Below, piece after piece: positions 15,455-24,413 of a stretch of DNA of 38,461 nt. The position numbers and the translations under genes were made by a program. The stretch is from a virus (lineage: Duplodnaviria > Caudoviricetes), in IMG/VR virus record IMGVR_UViG_3300031991_000113, positions 1-38,461 of that record. One strand, given 5' to 3'. The notes beneath the pieces were generated by a model. The model had not been told where the DNA came from and searched no databases. It was given only the letters and a program-made list of their open reading frames with translations. Position 1 is the first letter of the stretch. Each line of letters opens with the position of its first letter.

Positions 15455-17746
15455 TTAGATGACGACCGACTTGTCGACGCCGCGCCAATCGAGGGCGTTG
15501 CCGCCATAGATGTGACGAAGCTTGTAAGTCACTTGGTCGTTCGAGAAGAGAGACCCGAAGGTCGGGCTGTCCTGCACGAAGAGCTCGGGTTCCTCATTGC
15601 CGTCGAGGAACCCGAGCTCGATGATCGGAATGTCGAGCGGGTCGGCGGACAAGGCCCAGTCATTGGCATCCGTCCAGTACCAGACGGGAACGATCTGGGG
15701 CACGAGGCTCTGAACGAACGTCTTGTCGAGATTGGTGCTGCGGTTGAAGAGATTGTGGGCCGTCTCTTCAAGGTCCGGCGCACACCAGAGGTACTTCGGA
15801 CCGACGCCGAGGGCGTCCGCCGAGTTGTACTCCGTCTGCTTCACCATCGCGAGACGCCGCGCCGCGAAGCTCGTCGCATCGAGCGCCGCCGCGCCGAGAT
15901 TGCCGTGATCGACATGGAAGAGCGCCTTGGCGTCGTAGATCACGGGGTTGGTGCGGACGAAGTCGAGGACAAACTTGCAGAGCGTGCGCTTCGCCGCGCG
16001 GGCAATCTTGGTCGGGATACGCTGGATCGCTCCGACGTCGTCGTTCTTGATCATTTCGAGCGTGATCGACTCGGTGCCGCCCCGCTTCTGGACCGCATAT
16101 TCGGCCTTTTCATCGGTCGGGCTGGTCAGGCCGGCATAGGCGCCCTTCTCGGCGACGATCGGGAGGTCGCCGTAACCGCCGAAGCGCGTGCGCTGCTGGG
16201 TCCGGAAGTCCGTGGCGGGAACGGGTTCACCCGTCAGAAGCCGCCACATGTCGTAATCGACCGCGCCGCGATAGTCGGCGATCATGCGGCGATGAATGCC
16301 GTCGCCGAGCACCGAGGAGAAGGCCGCGCTGTCGAGGCCGGTCGCTTCGCGGAAGCGCGTCGCGTTGCCGGCACGGCCGGTCACATGGCGGTCGCCCGTG
16401 ATCTCGATATAACACTCGCGGAACGAGCGGGCGTCCTTGTGGTCCTTGTGCTTCGGGTCGAAGAAGGCGTCGAGCATGTCGGCGATCTTCTCCGGCCGTC
16501 CTTCGCCCGCTTCGATGAAGGGATCGGCGCCGAGGTCGAGCACGTGACCGCCGCCGGCACCGACGGCCGTCGACAGATAGGTGGCCTCGTCCTTGATGCG
16601 CTGGGTGATGTCCGCCTCGGTGAAAATGGCACGCTGCGCGAAGTCGTCGATCACCCGTTGTTTGGCGGCGGCGGGCAGCCTTGTCGCGTTCACGCGTTCG
16701 CGCATGCGGATGCGCGCGTCGACCGCCTCGATGAGATTGGCCGGCTGCGTCGGTTCGGGCTGGGTCTGGGGCTGGGGCTTCAAGGCGGTCGAGAGGATCG
16801 CTTGCAGCTCCTCGTCGGTCAGTGTGGTCAAGTCTTTGCCTTCCAGAAGAGCGGCGTTCGCCTTCTGGATGAGCGCGATCAAAGCGTCGCGATCCATGAA
16901 TTTTTTCCCTGAGTTTGGTTCGGCGGCGGCTTCGACAAAGGAGATGACCTGGCCGCCCGCGCCGGGCTCCACGATCAGGTCAACGGAGTGGACTTTCGTG
17001 AAGGCTTCCGCGATGCGGATGCCCTTCGCGCCCTTCCGGGCGGTTCCCTCGACGTCGATCGAGAGGCCGAAGAGATGCGAAAGGCGGCGAGAGACCGCCT
17101 CGCGCAGGCGAATGGCGATCGGATCGTCGTCGCCGACGATGAGCGTGAGGATGGCGACGATCTCGCCGCTGTCCCGGCCCTTGCCTTCGATGAAGGCGGT
17201 TTCGGAGAGCGCGCCGATCAAATTGCGCACGTCCTTGCCGCCGGCCGCGAGATGCTCGCGGTCGGATTTCACGAAGACGCGCGCGCCGTTGAAGAGCGGC
17301 GCGGCCTCGCGCAACACGGCGTCGGGATAGAAATTGCCGTTGGTCGAGGCGCCGGCACGGATCACGCGGACGCGATAAGCGTTCTGATCCGCTTCGCCGA
17401 CAGCCTCGATCAGCACGGCAGTCGCGCCCGCCGGCGCGGGCTTCGCCTCGCCCGCCGCCACGAATTCGCGCACCACCTCGGCCGGTGCGCCGAAGGTGAC
17501 GTCCGTCCCGGCGACGGTATAGGGGTACTTCTGAAGCTTGCCGTCGCGCTCGACGACGACGCTGTCGGGATAGAGGGCGACAACCCACGGCCAGGGATCG
17601 TCCTCGCCGCCGATCTGAAAGAGCTTGCGGAGCGCGCCCTGAATGAGATCGCGAAGCGCGATCATGTCGGTTTCATCGGCTTCCCGAAGGCGGACGCCCG
17701 AGAGGCCCTTGGAGCCGAGAAGCTTGCGGCGAAGCGCGGTCTTCAT
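15455..17746 (-). CDS. Fused head protein: N-terminal domain + prohead protease + scaffold + Mu gpT-like major capsid
   Basis: Protease-like block IRAGASTNGNFYP...EH...GLSID...SVDLIVEPGAGG; low-complexity helical linker; capsid motifs TDFR, ITLEMIKNDD, DAKALFHVDHGNL, ELGFLDGNEEP, YKLRHIYG. Confidence 0.88.
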   Translation of the reverse strand: MKTALRRKLLGSKGLSGVRLREADETDMIALRDLIQGALRKLFQIGGEDDPWPWVVALYPDSVVVERDGKLQKYPYTVAGTDVTFGAPAEVVREFVAAGEAKPAPAGATAVLIEAVGEADQNAYRVRVIRAGASTNGNFYPDAVLREAAPLFNGARVFVKSDREHLAAGGKDVRNLIGALSETAFIEGKGRDSGEIVAILTLIVGDDDPIAIRLREAVSRRLSHLFGLSIDVEGTARKGAKGIRIAEAFTKVHSVDLIVEPGAGGQVISFVEAAAEPNSGKKFMDRDALIALIQKANAALLEGKDLTTLTDEELQAILSTALKPQPQTQPEPTQPANLIEAVDARIRMRERVNATRLPAAAKQRVIDDFAQRAIFTEADITQRIKDEATYLSTAVGAGGGHVLDLGADPFIEAGEGRPEKIADMLDAFFDPKHKDHKDARSFRECYIEITGDRHVTGRAGNATRFREATGLDSAAFSSVLGDGIHRRMIADYRGAVDYDMWRLLTGEPVPATDFRTQQRTRFGGYGDLPIVAEKGAYAGLTSPTDEKAEYAVQKRGGTESITLEMIKNDDVGAIQRIPTKIARAAKRTLCKFVLDFVRTNPVIYDAKALFHVDHGNLGAAALDATSFAARRLAMVKQTEYNSADALGVGPKYLWCAPDLEETAHNLFNRSTNLDKTFVQSLVPQIVPVWYWTDANDWALSADPLDIPIIELGFLDGNEEPELFVQDSPTFGSLFSNDQVTYKLRHIYGGNALDWRGVDKSVVI

Positions 17747-18309
17747 TCGCCGGCCTCCCCGCTCTTTCCGGCGTCGGCGTTGGCGACGCGGCGGCCGTCG
17801 ACCGTGACGATCGTGCCGGTCTTGAGGTTGACGGCGAAGACGTCATGACGGTCGATGCCGAGCGCTCCGGCCAGCGCCTCTTCCTCGGTCGTGAGCGGCG
17901 TCGGACGTTCCCATTTGGCGGGCGTCGGGATTTCTTGCGCGGCGATGGGGGAGGCGATTGCTTCGGCTGCGGCCGAAGCGGCGGCGGACTGGACGGTGCG
18001 ACGGAGATCGGCCAACTCGCCGTCGAGCGCAACGATCCTGTCCTGCGAGATCGCGGCGGCTTCCTCCGCCTTTTCGAGGGCACGGGTGAGTTCCGCGACG
18101 CGTATCTTGAGATCGTCGCGCTCGGCAATCAGCTCGGCGACGGTCGGCCCTGAGGCCGCGTCGCCAACGCCGAAAAGAGCGTGTGGGCCGCCGGGATTAT
18201 CCGCGCCCGACGCCTTCGCATCGGTCGCCGTTGCCGGGGTGAGTTCGGAGGGGGCTTGGGTCTGGGCTGCCGGCTTCGATGTCGGCACGGGCGTTGTCGG
18301 TTTGGCCAC
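17743..18309 (-). CDS. Hypothetical head-operon protein (disordered N-terminus, coiled coil, small C-terminal domain)
   Basis: GTG start with GGAG RBS, ATGA overlap with the capsid fusion gene; VFAV...IVTVDGRR C-terminus. Confidence 0.75.
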   Translation of the reverse strand: MAKPTTPVPTSKPAAQTQAPSELTPATATDAKASGADNPGGPHALFGVGDAASGPTVAELIAERDDLKIRVAELTRALEKAEEAAAISQDRIVALDGELADLRRTVQSAAASAAAEAIASPIAAQEIPTPAKWERPTPLTTEEEALAGALGIDRHDVFAVNLKTGTIVTVDGRRVANADAGKSGEAGE

Positions 18310-18336
18310 GCTTGCGCTCCATGTTGATGGTGCGCA

Positions 18337-18384
18337 AACATGAATGAAGGCCGCGTGTGGATTTAGGCTGAACCGCTTCCGCCG
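18337..18384 (-). promoter_or_regulatory. Late promoter for the head/tail operon (activator site + -10-like hexamer)
   Basis: 20-bp CGGCGGAAGCGGTTCAGCCT identical to 25447-25466, then 21 nt + T + CATGTT. Confidence 0.75.
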
Positions 18385-18465
18385 CTCGGGTCCGCCGACC
18401 CCAATTTCATGCCGCTTCCGCCGGCGGGGCGCAAGTGGGGTTCCGCCCCTCGAATTAGCTTCGCC

Positions 18466-18481
18466 GTTAAACGGGGATTAA
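18466..18481 (-). promoter_or_regulatory. TTAA-N7-TTAAC motif: CtrA box and/or part of a central strong gyrase site
   Basis: Minus strand TTAA TCCCCGT TTAAC; lies in the only large intergenic gap near the genome midpoint. Confidence 0.55.
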
Positions 18482-18556
18482 ACGGGTCTGGGCGCGCGAA
18501 GGGGGTGCGGGGGCTACGACGGCCCATGTCGGCGTCGCGCGCGCCGTTGGCGGCCC

Positions 18557-19453
18557 TCAGAAAGCTTCGGCGATCAGACGCTTCCCACGGCTCCCCTGGC
18601 GCTCTTCGTCGGAGATCGGCTGACGGCCCGGACGGGTGACCTGCCAGCTCTCGACGAAGGGGAGCGAGCTGCACCCGCAATTGATGATCTCGCCGAGCGG
18701 GCCGGCCGGATCGCGGGGGTGCATGAGGGTGACGCCGTTGGGGAGATCGAAGGGCTTGTCGATGTCCCTGACCTGCCCGTCGATCGCATCGTGCTCGAAG
18801 CGGCTATGCAGCTTGCCCGAGCGGCGCCATTGCTTCTTGAGCCCGGGCACGATGGCGGCGGCCTGTTCCTTGCGTTCCTGCGCCGCGACGGAGAACGCCT
18901 GACCGAGCTGCGTCCGCACGATGACGCCCGCCCGCTTCACGCCGCCCGACTGGAGAATGCCGGCAACGCGCTCGGCGGCCTCGAAAGGCGTCTGCGTTCC
19001 GATGGCGGTCTGCGCCAGCTCGCTGTTGATCCTGTTCACGAGCTTCGCCGTCACGTCGCCGATGCGATCGGTCGTGAAGGCGCGCATGGCGAGAAGGCGG
19101 CGTGTGTCGATCGCAACGAGATCGGCGGAGATGTCGACGCCCGCCGCCGCGAACGATCCGTCGATCAGGTCGCGTCCCGCGCTCCACGCCGTATCGATGC
19201 CGCCTTGCACAGCAGCGGCGGCAGCGGGGTCGATGGCGATCAACGCGCGCTTGACGCTCTCCTGGAGTTGGGTGAGATGCCACTGCCTGAAGTCGCTCGG
19301 GGCCGCCGCCAGTATGTTCTTGATATCGCGCTCGGCCTTGGCGAGAGCCTTCTTGACCTCGCCGGCCGTGTCGCGTTGCAAATCTATGGCGGCTTTCAAC
19401 CGCTGCTCGCGCGCCTTGACAAAGCGCTTGGTGCGCTCGGCATCGGTTGTCAC
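18557..19453 (-). CDS. Minor head morphogenesis protein (Mu gpF / SPP1 gp7-like)
   Basis: RAGVIVRTQ, KKQWRRSGK..SR..H..IDGQ...IDKPF, LMHPRDP....GEIINCGC; GTG start at 19453. Confidence 0.88.
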   Translation of the reverse strand: MTTDAERTKRFVKAREQRLKAAIDLQRDTAGEVKKALAKAERDIKNILAAAPSDFRQWHLTQLQESVKRALIAIDPAAAAAVQGGIDTAWSAGRDLIDGSFAAAGVDISADLVAIDTRRLLAMRAFTTDRIGDVTAKLVNRINSELAQTAIGTQTPFEAAERVAGILQSGGVKRAGVIVRTQLGQAFSVAAQERKEQAAAIVPGLKKQWRRSGKLHSRFEHDAIDGQVRDIDKPFDLPNGVTLMHPRDPAGPLGEIINCGCSSLPFVESWQVTRPGRQPISDEERQGSRGKRLIAEAF

Positions 19454-20931
19454 GCCGCGCCCCGCAAGACCGGCTCGGACGGAGCCGGTGACGGGTCGGC
19501 GAGCGGCGATGCCGGCGGATCGATGAAGGCATCCTGCTCGCTGCGTCGCGCCGCGTCGGCGCGGGCGGCTTTCAGTTCTTCGGCCGGATCGAGTTCGAGA
19601 CCGAGAGACCCGGCGATGAGGCTGATGAGTTTCACCGCCGTTTCCTCCGCCATGATGCCGGCGTTGACCGCTTGCGCGGCCGAGACGACGACTTGTTGAA
19701 GGGCGGTGGTGTATTTCGCCACGTCGCGGGCGGTGAGTTCCGGGAAAATGGCGCGCGGCTGATACTCGGGTTCCTCGGCGAACTCGCTCACGCTGAGCGC
19801 TTCGAGGCGGCGGCGGATGACATAGCGCGCGACGTCTTCGAGGATCGCCTTCAGGAGCCGTTGGCGCTGGCTGAACACCTTGTAAGTGGGCTCGCCCATC
19901 GCGCCCGCCGTTGCAAGGTTGACGTCGCCGCCGCCGCCGAACCAGTGCTCGGGAACCGTGCCGCCGCCGAGGATGTGATTGCGGATAAGTCGGGACGTCG
20001 TCTCCGCGTCCGACGACTTGAGGTCCGGCGTCAAGCACTCCCATTCCTCGGCATCGTTGTGAACGCGAACGGACAGCGGTTGCGGCGGAACGATGGAGCG
20101 GGCGCGTTCCTCGACTTCCTCGCTGGTTGCGTTCTTGACGGTCACGTCCCATGTCACCATACGCTTGGCGACAGCGCCTTCGACCTCACCGAAGAGGAGC
20201 TGCTCATAGGCGTCGGCGAAGTCGATGGCCGAGAGCAGGTCCGAGCGACCGCGCTTGCCGTTGGAGAGATCGTTGATGCGGTAGAAGAAGCACTCGCCGT
20301 CTTGCATTCCCTCGCGCATCTTCCGGGCGCCCGGCCCGAAGAGATTGAGATCGTCGCCGTTGTAGATAACACGATAGAGCCGGCGCTTGCCGTTGCCGGC
20401 GCGAACGATGACGCCGATGGCGACGGCGATATTGTCCGGGTCGGCGATGACTTTCTCGATGGCCGAGGGATCGACCTTGCCGAGGCGGGTAAAGCCGGTG
20501 AGCTCGTTCACGAACACCGGCCAGCACTGCTCGCCGAAGAGAGCCAGCTCGCGGACATGCTTCTCAAGATTGAGGTCCATCCGATTGATCGGGTCGCGCC
20601 AGAATTCATCGAGCCACGCTTGCGCCTGCGGGTCGTCGACCTCCAAGCTGACACCCTCGCCGAGCAGAAACGCGGTCGGCAACTCGATCAGCCGGTTGGC
20701 GATGCGGTTCGTCTCCCACTGATAGGCGGCGAGCTGCTGCATGCGCGATTGCACCATCGGCGCGAGGTCGCGGCCCCTGTCGGCGCCGACGCGACGCCAG
20801 CCCGCATCGTCGTCGTTGACGGTGACGCCGGCCGCTTCCGTCATTCGTGCCGGCGCGGCGACCGTGTCGGCGGTGGCGGCCGGGGCGCCTCGACCGAACA
20901 ACACGCGATAGGCGGTTTCAACGAAGCGCAT
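19450..20931 (-). CDS. Portal protein
   Basis: 493 aa directly after terL; RELALFGE, RGRSDL, PEHWFGGGGDVN.ATA, RQ motifs. Confidence 0.82.
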   Translation of the reverse strand: MRFVETAYRVLFGRGAPAATADTVAAPARMTEAAGVTVNDDDAGWRRVGADRGRDLAPMVQSRMQQLAAYQWETNRIANRLIELPTAFLLGEGVSLEVDDPQAQAWLDEFWRDPINRMDLNLEKHVRELALFGEQCWPVFVNELTGFTRLGKVDPSAIEKVIADPDNIAVAIGVIVRAGNGKRRLYRVIYNGDDLNLFGPGARKMREGMQDGECFFYRINDLSNGKRGRSDLLSAIDFADAYEQLLFGEVEGAVAKRMVTWDVTVKNATSEEVEERARSIVPPQPLSVRVHNDAEEWECLTPDLKSSDAETTSRLIRNHILGGGTVPEHWFGGGGDVNLATAGAMGEPTYKVFSQRQRLLKAILEDVARYVIRRRLEALSVSEFAEEPEYQPRAIFPELTARDVAKYTTALQQVVVSAAQAVNAGIMAEETAVKLISLIAGSLGLELDPAEELKAARADAARRSEQDAFIDPPASPLADPSPAPSEPVLRGAA

Positions 20932-22619
20932 CAACGCCTCCCGTACATGCTGAGAGATTGACGGCCGAACATGCGGCCGGACGAATTTCCGAAGGTGCGG
21001 CCGATGGGCGGTATCGTGACGCCGGCCGAAGGTCCGCCGCCGATCGCGATCGACCACAGCATCTCCAGCGCATCGAGACCGTCGTCATGGTCGACCATCG
21101 GGTAGTGCCGCATCTGTTCGATGAGCGCGACGAGACGCGGATGGAAGCGGATCAGCCCGTTGCCGACATGCGGTTGCAGGCATTCGATGCGGAGGTTCTT
21201 GTCGGAGCTGGGGATGACCGGCACCGCGGGGACCGGAATGAGGCGCGCGGCCGAGCGCTTCACGAGTTCGGTGCGGAAGAACTCCTGAAACTGGACGGCC
21301 TCGATCGCCCACTTGAGGCAGTGATAGTCCGCTTGCAGCGTGATGACGTCCTCGATGATCCGATCCGGAAGCCGCTTGCGGATGCTCGCCTCGACGACAT
21401 CGAGAATGCCGGTCTCGCGATTGAGCCCGCCGACGAGCAGCGCCGAGGGGTCGCGGCCCTTGTTCTGCTTGCCGAGAGAGGGATCGCAGGCGCCGAAGAA
21501 AATCCATTCCGACAGCCGATCGACCCAGAACGTGATCGTGCCGAAGAGCGCATCCTCTTCGGAGACCGGATCGTTCTGTTGCTCAGCATCGAAGGCGGCG
21601 CGGCCGATCTTCACGCGAAGCTCCATGAGCGCGAGAAGCGGACGAACTTCCGGCCAGCTCACGCGAGCGCCGGCATTCATCTCAGGCTTATTCGCCGCGT
21701 AGAAGAGCTCGGCCGCGTCGGCGCCGTCGTTGCGGAGCGTCTCCTCCCATTTGTCCCAGAGGTCCATGTGGTCCGGCCACTGGACGACGGAGGCGAATTT
21801 GACCGCGCGCCACATCGGGTTGCGGAGCTTGCGCGAGAGGACGCTGTCATAGTGCAGGATGGTGCCGATGTAGAGCACATCGAGAGAGCCGTCCGCCGCG
21901 CCGACGTTCAGCACGGCCTTGTCGACCCAGCCTTCGAGCTTGTCGCGTTGCTCGACACGCCTCACATTCTCGTCGTTCTCGATATCGTCGAGTACCGCGA
22001 GGTCCGGGCGGTGTGGCCCGTGGCGCAGACCGCGAAGTCGCTTGCCGGAACCGAAGCATTGCACCTTGACGCCAGTCCTAGTGACGAAGACGCCTTCCTT
22101 CCATACGCGGCCTTGCCCGGTGACTTCCGGGAAGTCGAGCGCGAGACGCGGGTTGGCTTCGAGTTCGGCTTTGATCGCCTCGCCCATCGTCGCGGCCTGG
22201 TCGAAGGCATCCATCAGGATGAGGACGTACCACTTGGCGCGGCGGACGATGCACCAGAGCGGAAAGAGCTGGGAGCAATGTGTCGATTTCGCCTCGCCGC
22301 GCGGCGCGGCGATCGCGTCGTTCTGTCCCTTCGGCGCGGAGACGATCTCGGGCAGGCGTTTGTAGAGGTGGCGGTGAAGCGCGCTCGACGTCGGCGACTT
22401 GATGTAGTGCGGAAAGTAGGTCCGCGCGAAGAACTCGTAGCCGTCTGCCGCGAGCGTCCTTGCGCGGCGTTCGGCAATGGCGCGCGGGCTGTCGTCGAGC
22501 CCGGTGACTTCCGCTTCGATGCGGCGGCGCAGTTCGGCGGCGGTTGCCGCGATCAGCTCCTTGAACTCGGTCTTGGTGACATTGCCGCCACCCGCAAATC
22601 CGCGAGCGCGCGCCATCAC
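20931..22619 (-). CDS. terL: Terminase large subunit
   Basis: Walker A APRGEAKST, RGLRHGPHRPDLAVLDDIEND, IGTILH, nuclease DPSLG and HDDGLDALEM; true start may be the GTG ~13 codons downstream. Confidence 0.95.
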   Translation of the reverse strand: MMARARGFAGGGNVTKTEFKELIAATAAELRRRIEAEVTGLDDSPRAIAERRARTLAADGYEFFARTYFPHYIKSPTSSALHRHLYKRLPEIVSAPKGQNDAIAAPRGEAKSTHCSQLFPLWCIVRRAKWYVLILMDAFDQAATMGEAIKAELEANPRLALDFPEVTGQGRVWKEGVFVTRTGVKVQCFGSGKRLRGLRHGPHRPDLAVLDDIENDENVRRVEQRDKLEGWVDKAVLNVGAADGSLDVLYIGTILHYDSVLSRKLRNPMWRAVKFASVVQWPDHMDLWDKWEETLRNDGADAAELFYAANKPEMNAGARVSWPEVRPLLALMELRVKIGRAAFDAEQQNDPVSEEDALFGTITFWVDRLSEWIFFGACDPSLGKQNKGRDPSALLVGGLNRETGILDVVEASIRKRLPDRIIEDVITLQADYHCLKWAIEAVQFQEFFRTELVKRSAARLIPVPAVPVIPSSDKNLRIECLQPHVGNGLIRFHPRLVALIEQMRHYPMVDHDDGLDALEMLWSIAIGGGPSAGVTIPPIGRTFGNSSGRMFGRQSLSMYGRR

Positions 22620-23122
22620 CCGTAGTCCTTCGCGAGTTCGGCGGCGAATGGCTCGATGACTTCGAGCAGCGGTTCCGCCAGATGGGGCACTTCGGCGGCG
22701 ATGTATTTGGCGAAGCGCTGGAGCACGTCGGTCGCGACCGCCAGGCGCGACAGCTCGGGGCTCGCCTTGCCGACCGCCGCCATCGTCTTGGTGAAGGCAT
22801 CCGCGAGCCGCGAAAGGACTTCGGCCTTGGCGAGCGGACCCATTTTCTCGTCGGCCTTGACCGCCTCGACGGTCGATTGATGAAGCTGCAAATAATCTTC
22901 GAGCATCATCTGAACGACATTGCGCACGCCGTCGCCGGCAAGTCGTGCGGCGGAGCGCGCACGCTCCCAGTCGTCGCCATCGTTCTCGGCATCAGCTTTC
23001 CAACGCCGCGCCGTCGGATAGGAGACGCCATGCTTCTCGGCCGCCGTCTCAAGCGGCAGGCGCTCGTGAACATAGGATGCTCGCACCTTGGCGCGGAGTT
23101 CCGGCGGATGCGCCATCGTCAA
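22616..23122 (-). CDS. DUF1804 family protein, putative terminase small subunit
   Basis: MAHPPELRAKVRASYV, HTH VSYPTARRWK, GDDWERAR. Confidence 0.85.
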   Translation of the reverse strand: MTMAHPPELRAKVRASYVHERLPLETAAEKHGVSYPTARRWKADAENDGDDWERARSAARLAGDGVRNVVQMMLEDYLQLHQSTVEAVKADEKMGPLAKAEVLSRLADAFTKTMAAVGKASPELSRLAVATDVLQRFAKYIAAEVPHLAEPLLEVIEPFAAELAKDYG

Positions 23123-23460
23123 TCCTTGAGTTTGTCGAGGGCGAGACGCACGGCGGTCGCAAGGGCGCGGGACGGCCGTTTAACACCCGGATAGTTGCGC
23201 CGGCCTTCGGCAATCCGCTCACCCAGTTCGGTGAGCTGCGCGACGAGGCAGCCCTTCCGCACGTCAGCGACGACGAGGCGCTGCTCGTGAAGCCAGCTCA
23301 TGGTGCCGCGCACCTGATCGCGATCCGCCATGATGTTGACTGCGTTCACCATGTCGACAATGAGGCTCTCGTGACCGGACTGTTCGGGCAGGTCCAGAAG
23401 CGCACGCAGGACTGCGAGCCTGAGATGCTGCGTCCACGGTTCCGCGAACTCCTCGTTCAT
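23119..23460 (-). CDS. Mu gp26-like winged-helix protein
   Basis: RLAVLRAL, RDQVR..MSWL.EQ.LV, LTELG..IAEG....PGVKRP. Confidence 0.85.
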   Translation of the reverse strand: MNEEFAEPWTQHLRLAVLRALLDLPEQSGHESLIVDMVNAVNIMADRDQVRGTMSWLHEQRLVVADVRKGCLVAQLTELGERIAEGRRNYPGVKRPSRALATAVRLALDKLKD

Positions 23461-23807
23461 TTGATCCTCCGGGCGGCGTCGGCGAAGATTTGCTCGTGAC
23501 GGGTGACGGCCGCTTCGGTGCGCTCGATGAGACCCGAGAGGTTGCGATAGTCGGCGCGACATTCACGAAGCTCACCCACGACCTCGGAGAGATCGAGGCG
23601 TACCTGATGAAGATCGTCCTTGTTGGGCAGGTGCAGGAGGTCGTGTTCGACAAGTTCAACGCGCTTGTTGAGGCCGGCGACGTCGCCGACCACGTTCGCC
23701 AAATCCGTCTTGCTCGCGAATTCCTTTTTCATTCCCCACACCACCCAGGCCAAAGGTCCATTGAGGAGCAGCATGGCAACGGGCCAGTACTGCATCACAG
23801 TGCTCAT
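23457..23807 (-). CDS. DUF2730 / Mu gp25-like membrane-anchored coiled-coil protein
   Basis: N-terminal TM, RVELVEHDLLHLP.KDDLH. Confidence 0.8.
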   Translation of the reverse strand: MSTVMQYWPVAMLLLNGPLAWVVWGMKKEFASKTDLANVVGDVAGLNKRVELVEHDLLHLPNKDDLHQVRLDLSEVVGELRECRADYRNLSGLIERTEAAVTRHEQIFADAARRIK

Positions 23808-24046
23808 CGTTTCCCCCGTCGAAAAAATCGCTCACGCGCCTCTTGGGCAAAGTCTTCACATTCGATGCATCGGGTGGCGTCCGGCCTTGCTCGAAGGCGT
23901 TCGGTCGGAATTGGCTGGTGGCAATCGATGCATTCGCCCGGGCGGACGGTGCGATCGGTCGCGCCGAGATGGACGCGCTGGCGTTTGGCGACGATGGCGT
24001 CCCGTTCGCGCTCTTCCATCTGTTGCGCGAAATCGATGTCGTTCAT
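23804..24046 (-). CDS. TraR/DksA C4 zinc-finger protein
   Basis: DIDFAQ, CIDC..PIP.ERL...P...RCIEC. Confidence 0.9.
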   Translation of the reverse strand: MNDIDFAQQMEERERDAIVAKRQRVHLGATDRTVRPGECIDCHQPIPTERLRARPDATRCIECEDFAQEARERFFRRGKR

Positions 24047-24282
24047 TTTGGGTTGCCCAATTGCCGCGCCAGCTTGTCGAGACGCCCCAACCATTCCCAA
24101 GTCGCCGGGAATTGGTCAGCCGGAAGCCGTTCCAGCTCGGCCGCGACGGCGGGACCGGCCGACGGCCATGCGGGACATGCGGATGGCGGCATCGGCGGTG
24201 GGCTAGAGGCCGCCGTTACGCATCCGCTCAAGGAGAGTGCTGCGATCAGCGGCAGGCTCAGCCGCAATCTTGACCTGCTCAT
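24043..24282 (-). CDS. o-spanin (Rz1-like) lipoprotein
   Basis: Lipobox LSG-C, Pro-rich, start embedded in the upstream i-spanin gene. Confidence 0.75.
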   Translation of the reverse strand: MSRSRLRLSLPLIAALSLSGCVTAASSPPPMPPSACPAWPSAGPAVAAELERLPADQFPATWEWLGRLDKLARQLGNPK

Positions 24283-24412
24283 CTTTCGCCTTCACCACTT
24301 CGTCGGTTTGCTGTTGCTGGACCTCGCTTCGCCCTGCGGCGCGCGCAACAACCGACCCGGCGATGAGCCGGGCCAGTGTCGCGAGGAGGGAGGAAAAAAG
24401 CGCGGACCACAT
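24203..24412 (-). CDS. i-spanin (Rz-like)
   Basis: N-terminal hydrophobic helix then short coiled coil, ends LLERMRNGGL; position in the lysis cassette. Confidence 0.65.
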   Translation of the reverse strand: MWSALFSSLLATLARLIAGSVVARAAGRSEVQQQQTDEVVKAKDEQVKIAAEPAADRSTLLERMRNGGL

Positions 24413-24413
24413 G

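Noticed and set aside
16900-16910. Frameshift at GGG AAA AAA in the head gene
   Set aside because: The phase does not fit X XXY YYZ well; an internal RBS+ATG explains the patch better
15206-16912. Long plus-strand ORFs antisense to the capsid (also 20847-22625, 4704-6332, 19672-20961)
   Set aside because: Typical stop-poor antisense frames of high-GC genes, with no motifs or RBS
18363-18680. 105-aa ORF across the central intergenic region
   Set aside because: It overlaps the gpF-like gene and promoter elements; its GGSGSA ending is just the translated 20-bp promoter box, also seen at the end of Mor
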